A stretch of DNA of 63,744 nt, the filler included, from Chloroflexota bacterium (GTDB taxonomy: Bacteria > Chloroflexota > Chloroflexia > QHBQ01), in the NCBI GenBank assembly GCA_043754535.1. It is 7 parts of 7 records of this genome, joined end to end, with 100 filler letters (N's around TTAATTAATTAA, not from the genome) between each part and the next. Parts side by side here need not be neighbours in the genome. Positions count along the whole stretch, not along the records: positions 1 to 12,371 come from JAYUUN010000064.1; positions 12,472 to 16,519 come from JAYUUN010000065.1; positions 16,620 to 20,659 come from JAYUUN010000066.1; 4 more parts are not named here. One strand, given 5' to 3'. The notes under the pieces are model-generated. The model did not search any database. It was not told the DNA's origin and was given only the letters and a program-made list of their open reading frames with translations. The translations under genes and the position numbers were made by a program. Below are positions 9,455 to 18,496 of this stretch, piece by piece (the first letter of the stretch is position 1; the number at the start of each line of letters is the position of its first letter).

Positions 9455-10192
9455 ATGAACATAGATGAGAATCTGGTTAAAGCTGACCTGACCGCCCTAC
9501 CTGAACCGCTACCCTACACTGCCACCGACATTTGGCATGGATTTCTAGACACCATGCCGCTCTGGATTGGGGTGGCACCATTCGGCGTAGCCTACGCTCT
9601 GGCAGCCCGCACTGCTGGCCTCGACCCCTGGCAGACGCAGGGGATGTCGTTGCTGGTCTACGCAGGGGCGGCGCAGTTTGCTGGGGCGGGCCTCTTTGCC
9701 GTTGCTGCCAATCCCTTCTCGATCATCTTTGCTACCCTGGTGATCAACCTGCGCCACTTGCTGATGGGTGCTACCCTCGCTCCCTTCGTGCGCCACCTCC
9801 CCTGGTGGCAGCGCGCCGCCCTCGCCTTCCCGCTCACCGACGAGTCGTTCGCCGTCAGCGTGCGGCAGGTGACGGCGCGCCAGGCGGGGCCAGGCCGCAT
9901 GGTGGGCGCAGAAGTCGTTCTTTACGCCGTCTGGCAAGTCAGCACTCTGCTTGGCCTGCTGTTCAGCGGCTCGATCCGCGACCCAACTCAGTTCGGCCTC
10001 GGCCTCGTCTTCCCTCTCAGCTTCAGCGTGATGCTACTGCCCTACCTGCGCTCACGGCCTATGGTGGCGGCGGCGGCGGTTGGTGGCCTGCTCTCGCTCG
10101 TCTGCCACCTGCTGATCCCCGACAAGTGGTATCTGCTGATCGGTGCGCTGGGTGGTAGCCTGACTGGGATGTGGTTGGAGGGCCATGAATGA
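9455..10192 (+). CDS. azlC: AzlC family branched-chain amino acid exporter, permease subunit
   Basis: MSLLVYAGAAQF, INLRHLLMG and LTDESFA motifs. Confidence 0.9.
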   Translation: MNIDENLVKADLTALPEPLPYTATDIWHGFLDTMPLWIGVAPFGVAYALAARTAGLDPWQTQGMSLLVYAGAAQFAGAGLFAVAANPFSIIFATLVINLRHLLMGATLAPFVRHLPWWQRAALAFPLTDESFAVSVRQVTARQAGPGRMVGAEVVLYAVWQVSTLLGLLFSGSIRDPTQFGLGLVFPLSFSVMLLPYLRSRPMVAAAAVGGLLSLVCHLLIPDKWYLLIGALGGSLTGMWLEGHE

Positions 10193-10497
10193 ACATCTGG
10201 CTGACGATCTTCGGTATGGCCCTGGTCACCTACGCCTGCCGCGCCTTGCCCCTACTTTCCTTGCGGGGAGCGATCAACCCGACCCTCGAACGCTTCATGC
10301 GCTACGTGCCGCCCGCAATCTTCGCCGCGCTGATCACTCCTGACCTGCTGATCCCCCGTGGCAGCCTGCACCTTGACGCGCAGTTGGCGGCGGGGCTATT
10401 TGGAGTGGCGGTGGCCTGGTTCAGCCGCAATATGGCTCTCACTATCGCGGCTGGGCTGCTAGCCTTTGGCTTGCTGCGCTGGCTCGGCCTGGGCTAG
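10189..10497 (+). CDS. azlD: AzlD family protein
   Basis: GMALVTYACRALP and YVPPAIFAAL; ATGA overlap with azlC. Confidence 0.85.
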   Translation: MNIWLTIFGMALVTYACRALPLLSLRGAINPTLERFMRYVPPAIFAALITPDLLIPRGSLHLDAQLAAGLFGVAVAWFSRNMALTIAAGLLAFGLLRWLGLG

Positions 10498-10607
10498 CGT
10501 AACACTTGCACCACCTTCAACGTTGTTAATCTTGCACCCACCACTATTGGCTACCATGTTATACTGTAACATAGATGTGGGCGTGTTGGCAACAGGGGGT
10601 AGGGTGG

Positions 10608-10676
10608 ATGAACGAAAAGGAAGATGCTTGCATGAAGATGGGTGCTGCTAACTGCCGCTTCGTCCTTTGGACTTGA
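10608..10676 (+). pseudogene. Mini-ORF / relic of a V4R paralog (MNEKEDACMKMGAANCRFVLWT)
   Basis: 10617-10680 matches 11282-11345 at 59 of 64 nt, in frame with an ATG at 10608. Confidence 0.65.
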
Positions 10677-10726
10677 GGCTCAGCTAACCCCCAGTTCCCT
10701 CTACTTCGCTAACAGAAGGGTTGCCA

Positions 10727-11341
10727 ATGAGCCAGCCAACTGACCAACCAGCCTACGATATCAGAGCGCGCTTGATCCGCAGCGTGATCATCTCCCTGCG
10801 CTCGGTTGCGGGCTACCAGTACATCGGGATGTTGGAGGAGGCAGGGCTGGGCCGCTTCAGCCAGCACTTGCCACCCGACAGCGACGAGAACATGGCTAGC
10901 AGCCTGGAACTGGCCCAGTTGACTGCGATTGTTTACCGCAACCTCAACCGCAACCTTGCTTTCGTCCTCTATCGCAAGCTGGGCGCACACACCGCCATGC
11001 AATACTTTGCCCACCCTGACTTCCAGCAACTAACTGACTACCTTGCTACCCTGCCAGAGGCGCAGCGGTTGCAAGCTGCGATGGTGGCGATGGGCAAGAT
11101 GCAGCTATCTTCCACCCAGGTTCGGCGCGAGGTTTGGGTCGAAGATGGGCGCGTTCACTACCTGCTACAACCTTGCCCCTACTGCACCCTGATCGAGGCT
11201 AGCACCGAGCCAGTCTGCTATATGCTGACCGAGTTCTACCGGGTGATCCTGCGCGCCTTGCTGGAACAACCAGTTTACATCAAGGAAGATGCTTGCATGA
11301 AGATGGGAGCGGCTGGCTGCTGCTTCGTCCTTTGGACTTGA
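10727..11341 (+). CDS. V4R (4-vinyl reductase) domain protein
   Basis: CPYC...PVC...EDACMKMGAAGCCF cysteine pattern of V4R. Confidence 0.75.
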   Translation: MSQPTDQPAYDIRARLIRSVIISLRSVAGYQYIGMLEEAGLGRFSQHLPPDSDENMASSLELAQLTAIVYRNLNRNLAFVLYRKLGAHTAMQYFAHPDFQQLTDYLATLPEAQRLQAAMVAMGKMQLSSTQVRREVWVEDGRVHYLLQPCPYCTLIEASTEPVCYMLTEFYRVILRALLEQPVYIKEDACMKMGAAGCCFVLWT

Positions 11342-11381
11342 GGCTGGAGCTAGCCCCACACTGCTGTTTCAGGGGGGAACT

Positions 11382-12023
11382 ATGCACATCACAGACGAGG
11401 TACTGGCGGCGGTGGCGGCGGTCTACGGTCAGCCGCTAGAGATGCAGGTGGGGGCAGCCATGGTCGAACGCGAGTTTGTGGTCACCCACGCCACGGTGCG
11501 GAAGCGGCGCAACCATGATGTTACCCTCTTTATCACTCCACCAGGCGCAGCCGACAGCTTCGTGGTGATCCAGAAGTGGAATCACCAGCCGGGGGTCTGG
11601 CGCGCCCCCAGCGGTGGGGTGGACGTAGGCGAGGACTTCGTGGTTGGGGCAGTGCGCGAGGGTTATGAGGAGACGGGCCTAAGCATCCGGCTGGAACGCT
11701 ACCTCTTGCGGTTGAAAGCCCGCTTTACCTGCCAGCTAGCCAGTGGGCAGCTTGAGCAATTGGATTGGGTATCGCACGTCTGCACCGCCAGCGTGTTGCC
11801 AGAGAGCGGCCCCTTGCAGGCGATAGACACGCACGAGATCAAGGCTGTGCGGGTTGCAACGGTGGCAGAGTTGCAGAGTAGCATCCGCGCCGCACTGCTG
11901 GCTGCACCCGTCGGTGGCCTGCACTACCGTGCGCTCCTCACCGACTTGACGCTGGCCCTGCTCTACCCAGGGGGGATTGGCCCGCTTCATCTGCCTGCGG
12001 CGGGTGAGGGGGTGGGGATGTAG
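11382..12023 (+). CDS. NUDIX hydrolase
   Basis: Nudix box GGVDVGEDFVVGAVREGYEETGL. Confidence 0.85.
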   Translation: MHITDEVLAAVAAVYGQPLEMQVGAAMVEREFVVTHATVRKRRNHDVTLFITPPGAADSFVVIQKWNHQPGVWRAPSGGVDVGEDFVVGAVREGYEETGLSIRLERYLLRLKARFTCQLASGQLEQLDWVSHVCTASVLPESGPLQAIDTHEIKAVRVATVAELQSSIRAALLAAPVGGLHYRALLTDLTLALLYPGGIGPLHLPAAGEGVGM

Positions 12024-12121
12024 CCAAATCAGTCTCCTGACCGTTGTCCAGGCTGCATTGTCGGCTTATACTGAAGCACTAGATCGTAACAGTGGGGTTT
12101 ATTATAGAGAGGAGTAGAGCG

Positions 12122-12371
12122 ATGGGGAGCGAACAATATGATGAGAAGCTAGACCAGTATGAGAGAACACTGTTGATAGAGAACAACAAACATCGGGCTG
12201 AAGTGGCTGAGCTTACGGGTCAGATTGAGCATGAACCAGACAATGCTAGAGCGTACATGAAGCGTGCGCAAGTACGGCTCAATTGGGTCAGCGTTCGTGA
12301 ATACGATGATGATCCTTATGACGAGGATGACCTGATTGGTGGCAAGGAGGACCTCAACCGTGCAGTTGAAC
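12122..12371 (+). CDS. Partial TPR-like protein (cut by contig end)
   Basis: PDNARAYMKRAQ...DLNRAVE; AGGAG RBS. Confidence 0.5.
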
Positions 12372-12471
12372 NNNNNNNNNNNNNNNNNNNNNNNNNNNNN
12401 NNNNNNNNNNNNNNNTTAATTAATTAANNNNNNNNNNNNNNNNNNNNNNNNNNNNNNNNNNNNNNNNNNNN
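12372..12471. other. Artificial contig linker (also 16520-16619, 20660-20759, 24730-24829, 36852-36951, 61066-61165)
   Basis: N-run + TTAATTAATTAA (stops in all six frames) + N-run, 100 nt each. Confidence 0.98.
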
Positions 12472-13809
12472 CTCGGACAGTTGCTTGTGACCAGCCTGCT
12501 GCATCGTGCGGATGAAGCCCTCGGCAAAATAAGGAAAGACCTCCTCAAAGATGCGCTCCTTAAGCTGTTCGCCCAGCCCCTTCGCGTAATCGGCACTGCC
12601 TGCCATGATCGCGTCGAGACGGTTGCGGGGGCGGCCCGCTTCACTGCTCGGCAGCGGGGCGAAGGCAGCGGCCTGAAAGAGCAGCAGCCAGTAGCGCAGC
12701 GCGTCACCGTCGCCGCTCTCCAATGCCTCCACAAGGTCAACCTCATAGTAGTTGGTGGCCCGCGAGTGCGCCTGTGCCGCATAGAGCCGCCAATGCTGCC
12801 CATCGCTGACAATCGCCCAGTCCGCAGCCCCGGCATCGAGCAGGCCGACGGCACGAGCGGTGGGGTTGACATCAAGCGGGGCGGGCAAGGCTGGGTCGGT
12901 CTGGTCGAGATTGCGCCCCCAGGGGTAGAGCAGCGCAACTGCCACCGGCTTATCCAAATTGGGGACAAACAGAGCGGTATAGGGCTGGCCCTCGGCATCC
13001 TTCATCTCGTGCAGGCTAAAGCCCAGCACGCCGCGCAGCACCGGATCAAGCACAAGCCTGCGGATAGTGGCCTCGGTGTTGTCAGCTAGCCGGGCGCGGA
13101 CAGCGTGGTAGAGTGGCCGCAACTGCTGGTTAGCAGCCTGCACTGCCTGACGAGTCGACTCCCCGCTCCACAGATTGTAGAGGGGGCTGCGGCTGTCGTT
13201 CTCGGCTGGCAGCCGACTTAGCAGGAAGTAGTCGCTGAACATCGCACGGTTGTTGAACAAGGGCTGCGACCAGTAGTTGATGTCGAAGGCAGCCTTGAGC
13301 TTGTCAAGCTGGGCGAAGATATCGGCTTCGGTGTAGGTGAAGCGGCGCAACACGCGCAGATCGAGCGGCAAAGGTTTGCGGCGGTTGACGCTGAGAGTCA
13401 ACTGCCGTAGCGTCGGCGGCGGCGCATTGTTGAAGTAGCTAACCGACGCAGTGTCGTTGGTCTGCCGTTGCAGCAGCACAAAATCAAGCTCCTCAAAGTC
13501 GCGGGTCAGCACCAGCAAGAAATCGCCCGCCCGGTTGCGGAAGGTGCGGGCAAGGGCGTTGATGTTGGCTTGCGTTACGCTGTCAAGGACAAAGAGGTAG
13601 ACCTGAAACAGCGCAGCCTCATCGGCCAGACGTTCGATCTGGCGGATGCTACGGCGCAGCGGGTCGTTGGTGATGCCCAACGCCTCAACCTGCTGCACCA
13701 CCCGTCTGCCGGTGTCATAGCCCAGCCGCGCAAAGAAGCTAGCGAGATTATCCACACTCGACAGCAGTTGTACATCCGCAACCTGTACATTCGCGTCACT
13801 ATCCAGCAT
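12472..13809 (-). CDS. N-terminal part of a large type IIG (Eco57I-like) restriction-modification enzyme, partial
   Basis: FNNRAMFSDYFL, E..T...LV.PVL..VLG and WAIVSDGQHWRLY (T/SxGxxWRLY) patterns typical of IIG nuclease regions; methyltransferase motifs would lie beyond the contig end. Confidence 0.6.
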
Positions 13810-13959
13810 CGGTCAAGCCACCCCTTGCACAGTTATGTAGGTGCTGCAATGTTTTACATAACCATTCTAACAGAAGAAGTGGCTACTGACAAGCCACGCT
13901 GCCTGATGCTGGCTGCTTTAGAGTGCCAGCCAACTACTTGCTAGCGGCAGTGCTGATGA

Positions 13960-14136
13960 TGTGGCCCATAGAGTCCACAGCGTGCGCCGCCCACTGGCAA
14001 GATAGGCGACGGACTTCTGTTCACGGAGTATTTCGCGGACGAGTTGGGCCTTGAAGGCCGAGGTGTAGCGTTTTCTCATGGGCTAATTGCAGCTTACTTT
14101 GAGCTTCTTTGTGGTCTAGTTTTGGGGATCATCGTA
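13960..14136 (-). mobile_element. IS3-family left-end relic (IRL + truncated orfA)
   Basis: TACGATGATCCCCAAAACTAGACC end; ATG 14079 MRKRYTSAFKAQLVREILREQKSV (HTH_Tnp_1-like); internal deletion relative to the copy at 18188. Confidence 0.75.
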
Positions 14137-14310
14137 GCACAGGGTGACGGGGTGTTGGTGCAAGAGGCGCAGTCTTTGACGCGATAGCTTGGGCGACAAA
14201 GCGCAGAGTGGTTGAACAGAAAAGGTAAAACTAATTCTTATTATCTTTACCATCGTCGCAGACGAGGCGTGATTAGTTGTCGTTGGGCCGGAAGCAGAGG
14301 CCGCCGCCAC

Positions 14311-16337
14311 TCATGCAGTTCCCCCCGTTAATGATCCCTCGCCGCGCCAGCGTCTCGACTGCGTTGTAGGCAAAGTTGCTGGCTGGCACATCGGCGAAGG
14401 TCGGCTGTGTGGGGGCTAGCTACTGGGTAGTTACGAATCCGCTGGACGATCACCGCCAACTGCCCTCGGCTGATGTTGACGTTTGGCCCGTAGCAGGGGA
14501 AGTTGGTCTGCACCTGATAGTACTGGCTCTGGGTCAGGCCGTTGACCACCCCCGCCCGTGCCGCCGTCTCCACGAAAGTGTAGAACACGTTGCTCGCCCC
14601 GACATCTCTAAACGACGGCTGGGTGGGGGTATGGATTGGGAGCGCGAAGAGCAAGCTCACAACTTTGGCGAACTGGCCCCGACTGGTCGAGTTGCCAGGC
14701 CGGAAGGAGCCATCCGAGTAGCCGCCAATCGCCCTGCGTCCAACCAGGAACATGATGTCGTTGTAGAACAGGTGGCTGGGCGGCACATCGCTGAAGCCGA
14801 AGGCAGTGGCGGTTGACGATAGGTTGACGGTGCCACTTGGTGCTGGCGGCGTACTGGTCACTGTTGCCACTGGCGGCGTACTGGTTGCTGTTCCGGCACC
14901 TGATGTAGGTGAATAGCGGGACTCACTCGACTGGCCGCTACCAGCCGCGTTGCGGGCGATTACCCACCACGTCCACACCTCGTAGCGACCGTTAATCACA
15001 GTCGGTGTCCAGCAAGTGGACGGCTGCCAGCCGCCGTTGAACTGACCCAGACCACCATTGTAGACCTGGGCCAGGTACTCCGTCGCCCCCGGAACAGCGT
15101 TCCAGCACAGCAGCGGTAGGCTGCTGACGACGGCGTTGTTGGCGGGGCTGACCAGTACCGGGGCAGGCAAAGCTGGGGTGCTGGTCGGCTGCGCAGGGAT
15201 CGGCGTGCTGGTCGGCTGTGGCGGAACACCCGTACCGTGAATAAAACCCATTGGCGGGTAGTTGCTGTTTGGATCGCCACCGACGGCGGTGAAGTTGGAT
15301 ACATAGTGGCAGTAGTGTACTCCGTTCCACGTCCAGTTGGAGTGGCTCATGGTAATGCTGCCGCTGGCCGAGGTGGTGCAGAGGCTCGTCCCTGCCGCCA
15401 GGATCGTGTACGTGCCAGCAGGCAGGTTGAAGCTGTAGCTGCCGCTGCTGCCCAGCGTCTGCGAAATACCCTGTCCCTACACGGTAACGATAGTGTCGAA
15501 GATCGTCCCCAAAGGCGTGCTGATCGTGCCAGTCAGCGGGAAGCTGGTAGCTGCTGTTGAAGTGGCGGTCGGCGTGCCAGCGGCGGCAGTCAGCGTACCA
15601 GCGGAGGTGCTGGGGTCATAGACCTGATTGAAGGGGCAGAGATCATTGTCACAGCCAGGGGTGGTGTTCGGCACATCGCCGCCGGTCAGCAGCGTATCAC
15701 TGAGGACAGTCCAGGTGTTAGTGGTAGGGTTGTAGGCTTCGATGTGGTTACTATAGATTTCGCCGCTGCCACCCTGGACGCGTGCGCCACTGCCCGCAAC
15801 GTAGAATCGGCCATCAACCGCAACCCCATGCGCTGAGTCTGCCCCTACCACGTTGAGCGGCGCGGCGGCTGACCAGATGTTGGCCTGGGTGTCGTAGATT
15901 TCGACCGTGTTGGTGGCGTAGGTCTGGCCGCCAAGCCGTCCGCCCGCCACGATGATGCGTCCATCACTGAGCAGCCCACCATCCGCGCCATAGCGGGTGG
16001 TGGGCATAGCTGCGCCGTCGGTCAGCCACGTGCTGGCCGCTACGTCGTAGATGCGGGTCAGGTTCGTCCCACCAATGCCACTGCTGTTGAGGCCGCCGAT
16101 GGCGTATACCTTGTTGCTAGCGGGGTCGCAGACGACGGCGGGGTGCGAGGAGCCGAGGCCTGGGTAGTTTACGCTCAGCGTCCAGCTATCGGCAACGGTG
16201 TCGTAGATGAACATCGTGCCGGTATAGATGAAGTTCCCGCTAACCCGCACTGTGCCACCCGGCACGTAGCTTTTGCCGCCGAGGTAGCAGGCTTCAATGT
16301 TCGCCAACCCGTTCGCGCCAAGCAGCGGCAGCAGCAC
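14311..16337 (-). pseudogene. Degraded Kelch-repeat / SLH-domain surface protein
   Basis: Kelch repeats (VYAIGG, IIVAGG, IYD...W); in-frame TAG at 15477-15479 joins the two ORF-track ORFs; SLH repeats (FSDVPPSHLFY, GYSDGSFRPGNSTSRGQ); frameshift in the G5 run at 14411-14415 before the third SLH; no signal peptide. Confidence 0.75.
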
Positions 16338-16619
16338 GAGCGTAGCTCACTCCAGCTCCAACTCTTGCAGCAGATCGTCGGGCGCGTGTTCAGGCGGCCA
16401 CACTACCTCGGCCAGGTTGCTCTGACCGGGTAGCTGCGCTGGAGGCCACAAGCCAGCGTCCAGGCTGTGGTAGCAGCCTGCCCAGGCTTGTCTGGTAGCA
16501 GCAGCACTATGCGGCAAAGNNNNNNNNNNNNNNNNNNNNNNNNNNNNNNNNNNNNNNNNNNNNTTAATTAATTAANNNNNNNNNNNNNNNNNNNNNNNNN
16601 NNNNNNNNNNNNNNNNNNN

Positions 16620-16964
16620 AGGGTAGAGGGCCTGGTAGCGGAACGCCCCCAGTTGGCTGAGCAGCACATCGTTCGGCGGCTGGTTCTCCTGATGCAACTG
16701 GAACTCGGCCCGCTCGAAATATTGCACCACGTAGGTCTGGCCGTCCTGGTCACTCTGCTCGGCGAGGGGGTCGCTGATCGGGTAGCCCTGGATCGCCAGG
16801 CCGCCATGTGCATTCCAGTATTGCAGGAAGCGGCCCTGCACGCTGTGGCCGGTCTCACCGAAGAAGTGACTGGTTTCCTGCGCGTGGGCCGCCGCAGCAG
16901 GCAGCAGCAGGGTCAGGATCAGGGCCAGGGCCAAATTGAGGGTACGTCGTTGCATAAACATCAC
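16620..16964 (-). CDS. Secreted protein with Chloroflexota-type ETGH/GYPIS repeat, partial
   Basis: Signal peptide ending AHA-Q; ETGHSVQGRFLQYWNAHGGLAIQGYPIS...VQYFERAEF. Confidence 0.75.
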
Positions 16965-17192
16965 TCTTTCTGTTGTGGGGCAAACATTCGAGGTGGTAGT
17001 AGCTTAACCACTACTGCATACTTCAGCATGGCTACTTCATGAGAGTCAATACCTTTGCCCCTTACCATTCACCTTACCGTTTAGCTACTCCTGCTGGTGG
17101 AGCCACCCCACCTTCCACCAGCCAAAGACACCCTTGCCGAGCAGCACAGATGTTGCTATACTACCAGCTACAACCCAGCAAGGAGGAAAGCG

Positions 17193-17453
17193 ATGGAAGT
17201 GAGAGAGGTGGAGCGGGTACAGGGTGGGGTGCAGCGGCTGGTGCAGGATTGGATCAAGAAGATTGGGGGCGCAGGTTGGCACCTCAGCCAGGCCGAGGCG
17301 GTGGCACGGCTGAAGGCTGGCGACCGCTTCTACATCGTGAGGGGTGGGCAACTGGTCTTCCTGGAGATCGCCCGCAGCCCCGATGGGGCCGAGTACCTCA
17401 AGAGCAGAGCTGACCAGGTGCTGCCCCAGAGCCTGCTCAGGCTACGCAACTGA
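17193..17453 (+). CDS. Small protein, DUF3892-like
   Basis: AGGAGG RBS; W.LSQAEAV..L..G..FY...YLKS.AD....L..L pattern. Confidence 0.6.
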   Translation: MEVREVERVQGGVQRLVQDWIKKIGGAGWHLSQAEAVARLKAGDRFYIVRGGQLVFLEIARSPDGAEYLKSRADQVLPQSLLRLRN

Positions 17454-17549
17454 AGGTAGCGACAGGGGCCACCAACATCACGTCGGCGGCTAGCAACGGG
17501 GTAGGGACAGTGGGTTGGATGTGGAGGTCCGACTTGACACGCACCAATG

Positions 17550-17563
17550 CGTACTCATGTTCG
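17550..17563 (+). promoter_or_regulatory. Candidate LexA (SOS) box CGTAC-TCAT-GTTCG
   Basis: One mismatch from CGAAC-N4-GTTCG; TTGACA at 17534. Confidence 0.4.
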
Positions 17564-17677
17564 TAAGGATTTGTAAAACATCTTGTACCATGACAGAACA
17601 GGTAAGTACGTAGTTAGTTATAGAATCAAGCCAACGAACATACCTTGCAAGCTGTTAATCTTAGTGGAGGATTGGCT

Positions 17678-18187
17678 GTGAACAACCAAGATAGCTTTCT
17701 TGATGTGCTTGGAAATGCTAACAACCTTGAGCAATTTGCTCCTACCCGTTTGCTTTGGTCGGCCAGTGTGCTTGCAGTAGAACACCTTAAGCCTGAATGG
17801 CTTGAGCGGGTTCGTAGTCTAAACAATGTCAGGCTCAACAAGGCTTTTGAGGTTGCATAGCCAAAGGTAGCCGAACAGCTTGCCAAGCTCGCCACTACTC
17901 AAAGCCTCGTAATAGGCTCTTTGGTTGGTCTAACTACTCCAGAGGTGCAGAAAGCCAGCCTTATTCTGATCCGGCGTATTGGGCAGCAAAGCACAGAAGA
18001 ATTGGCTGCGTTGGTTAAACTCTTTAGAGATAGGATTATTCGTACCGCTTCTCCGGAGCAGCTAGAGCAAGCAGTAGATACCTATCTGCTTTACCTGGTT
18101 GGTGAATTGTCGCTTCGGCTCGGTATGGAGAATCTGTACTCTATCAGTCAGTATTTAGCCGTTTCTGACACTCACAACATAGTGAAG
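17678..18187 (+). pseudogene. AT-rich hypothetical gene with in-frame TAG, truncated by an IS3 relic
   Basis: ORFs 17645-17860 and 17921-18238 share a frame separated by a single TAG (17858-17860); GGAGG RBS before GTG 17678; IS end begins at 18188. Confidence 0.55.
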
Positions 18188-18370
18188 TGCGACGATCCCC
18201 ATAATTTAGACCACAAAGAAGCTCCAGATAAGCTATAATCAGCCCATGAGAAAACGCTACACCCCGGCCCTCAAGGCCTAGATCGTCCAAGAGATACTGC
18301 GTGAACAGAAGTCCGTCACCCAGCTTGCCGCCGAACATGGTGTCCATCCCACTATGCTCTACCAGTGGGC
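18188..18370 (+). mobile_element. IS3-family left-end relic (IRL + orfA with nonsense codon)
   Basis: TGCGACGATCCCCATAATTTAGACC; ATG 18246 MRKRYTPALKA*IVQEILREQKSVTQLAAEHGVHPTMLYQW. Confidence 0.8.
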
Positions 18371-18496
18371 TTATACACGTTGATCTAATCTGTGTAGTCC
18401 ATCAACACACCGATATTCAGCTTTGTAGTAACAAACTTAGTTATCGAAACTCGTTAGCAGGTGCGCTCTTGAGCTTGGCTCAAGAGCGCACTTTCG

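Noticed and set aside
10617..11345. 64-bp repeat pair as a DGR template/variable repeat
   Set aside because: The five mismatches (T/A, T/G, A/G, A/G, C/T) are not confined to adenines of either copy on either strand, and no reverse transcriptase is present.
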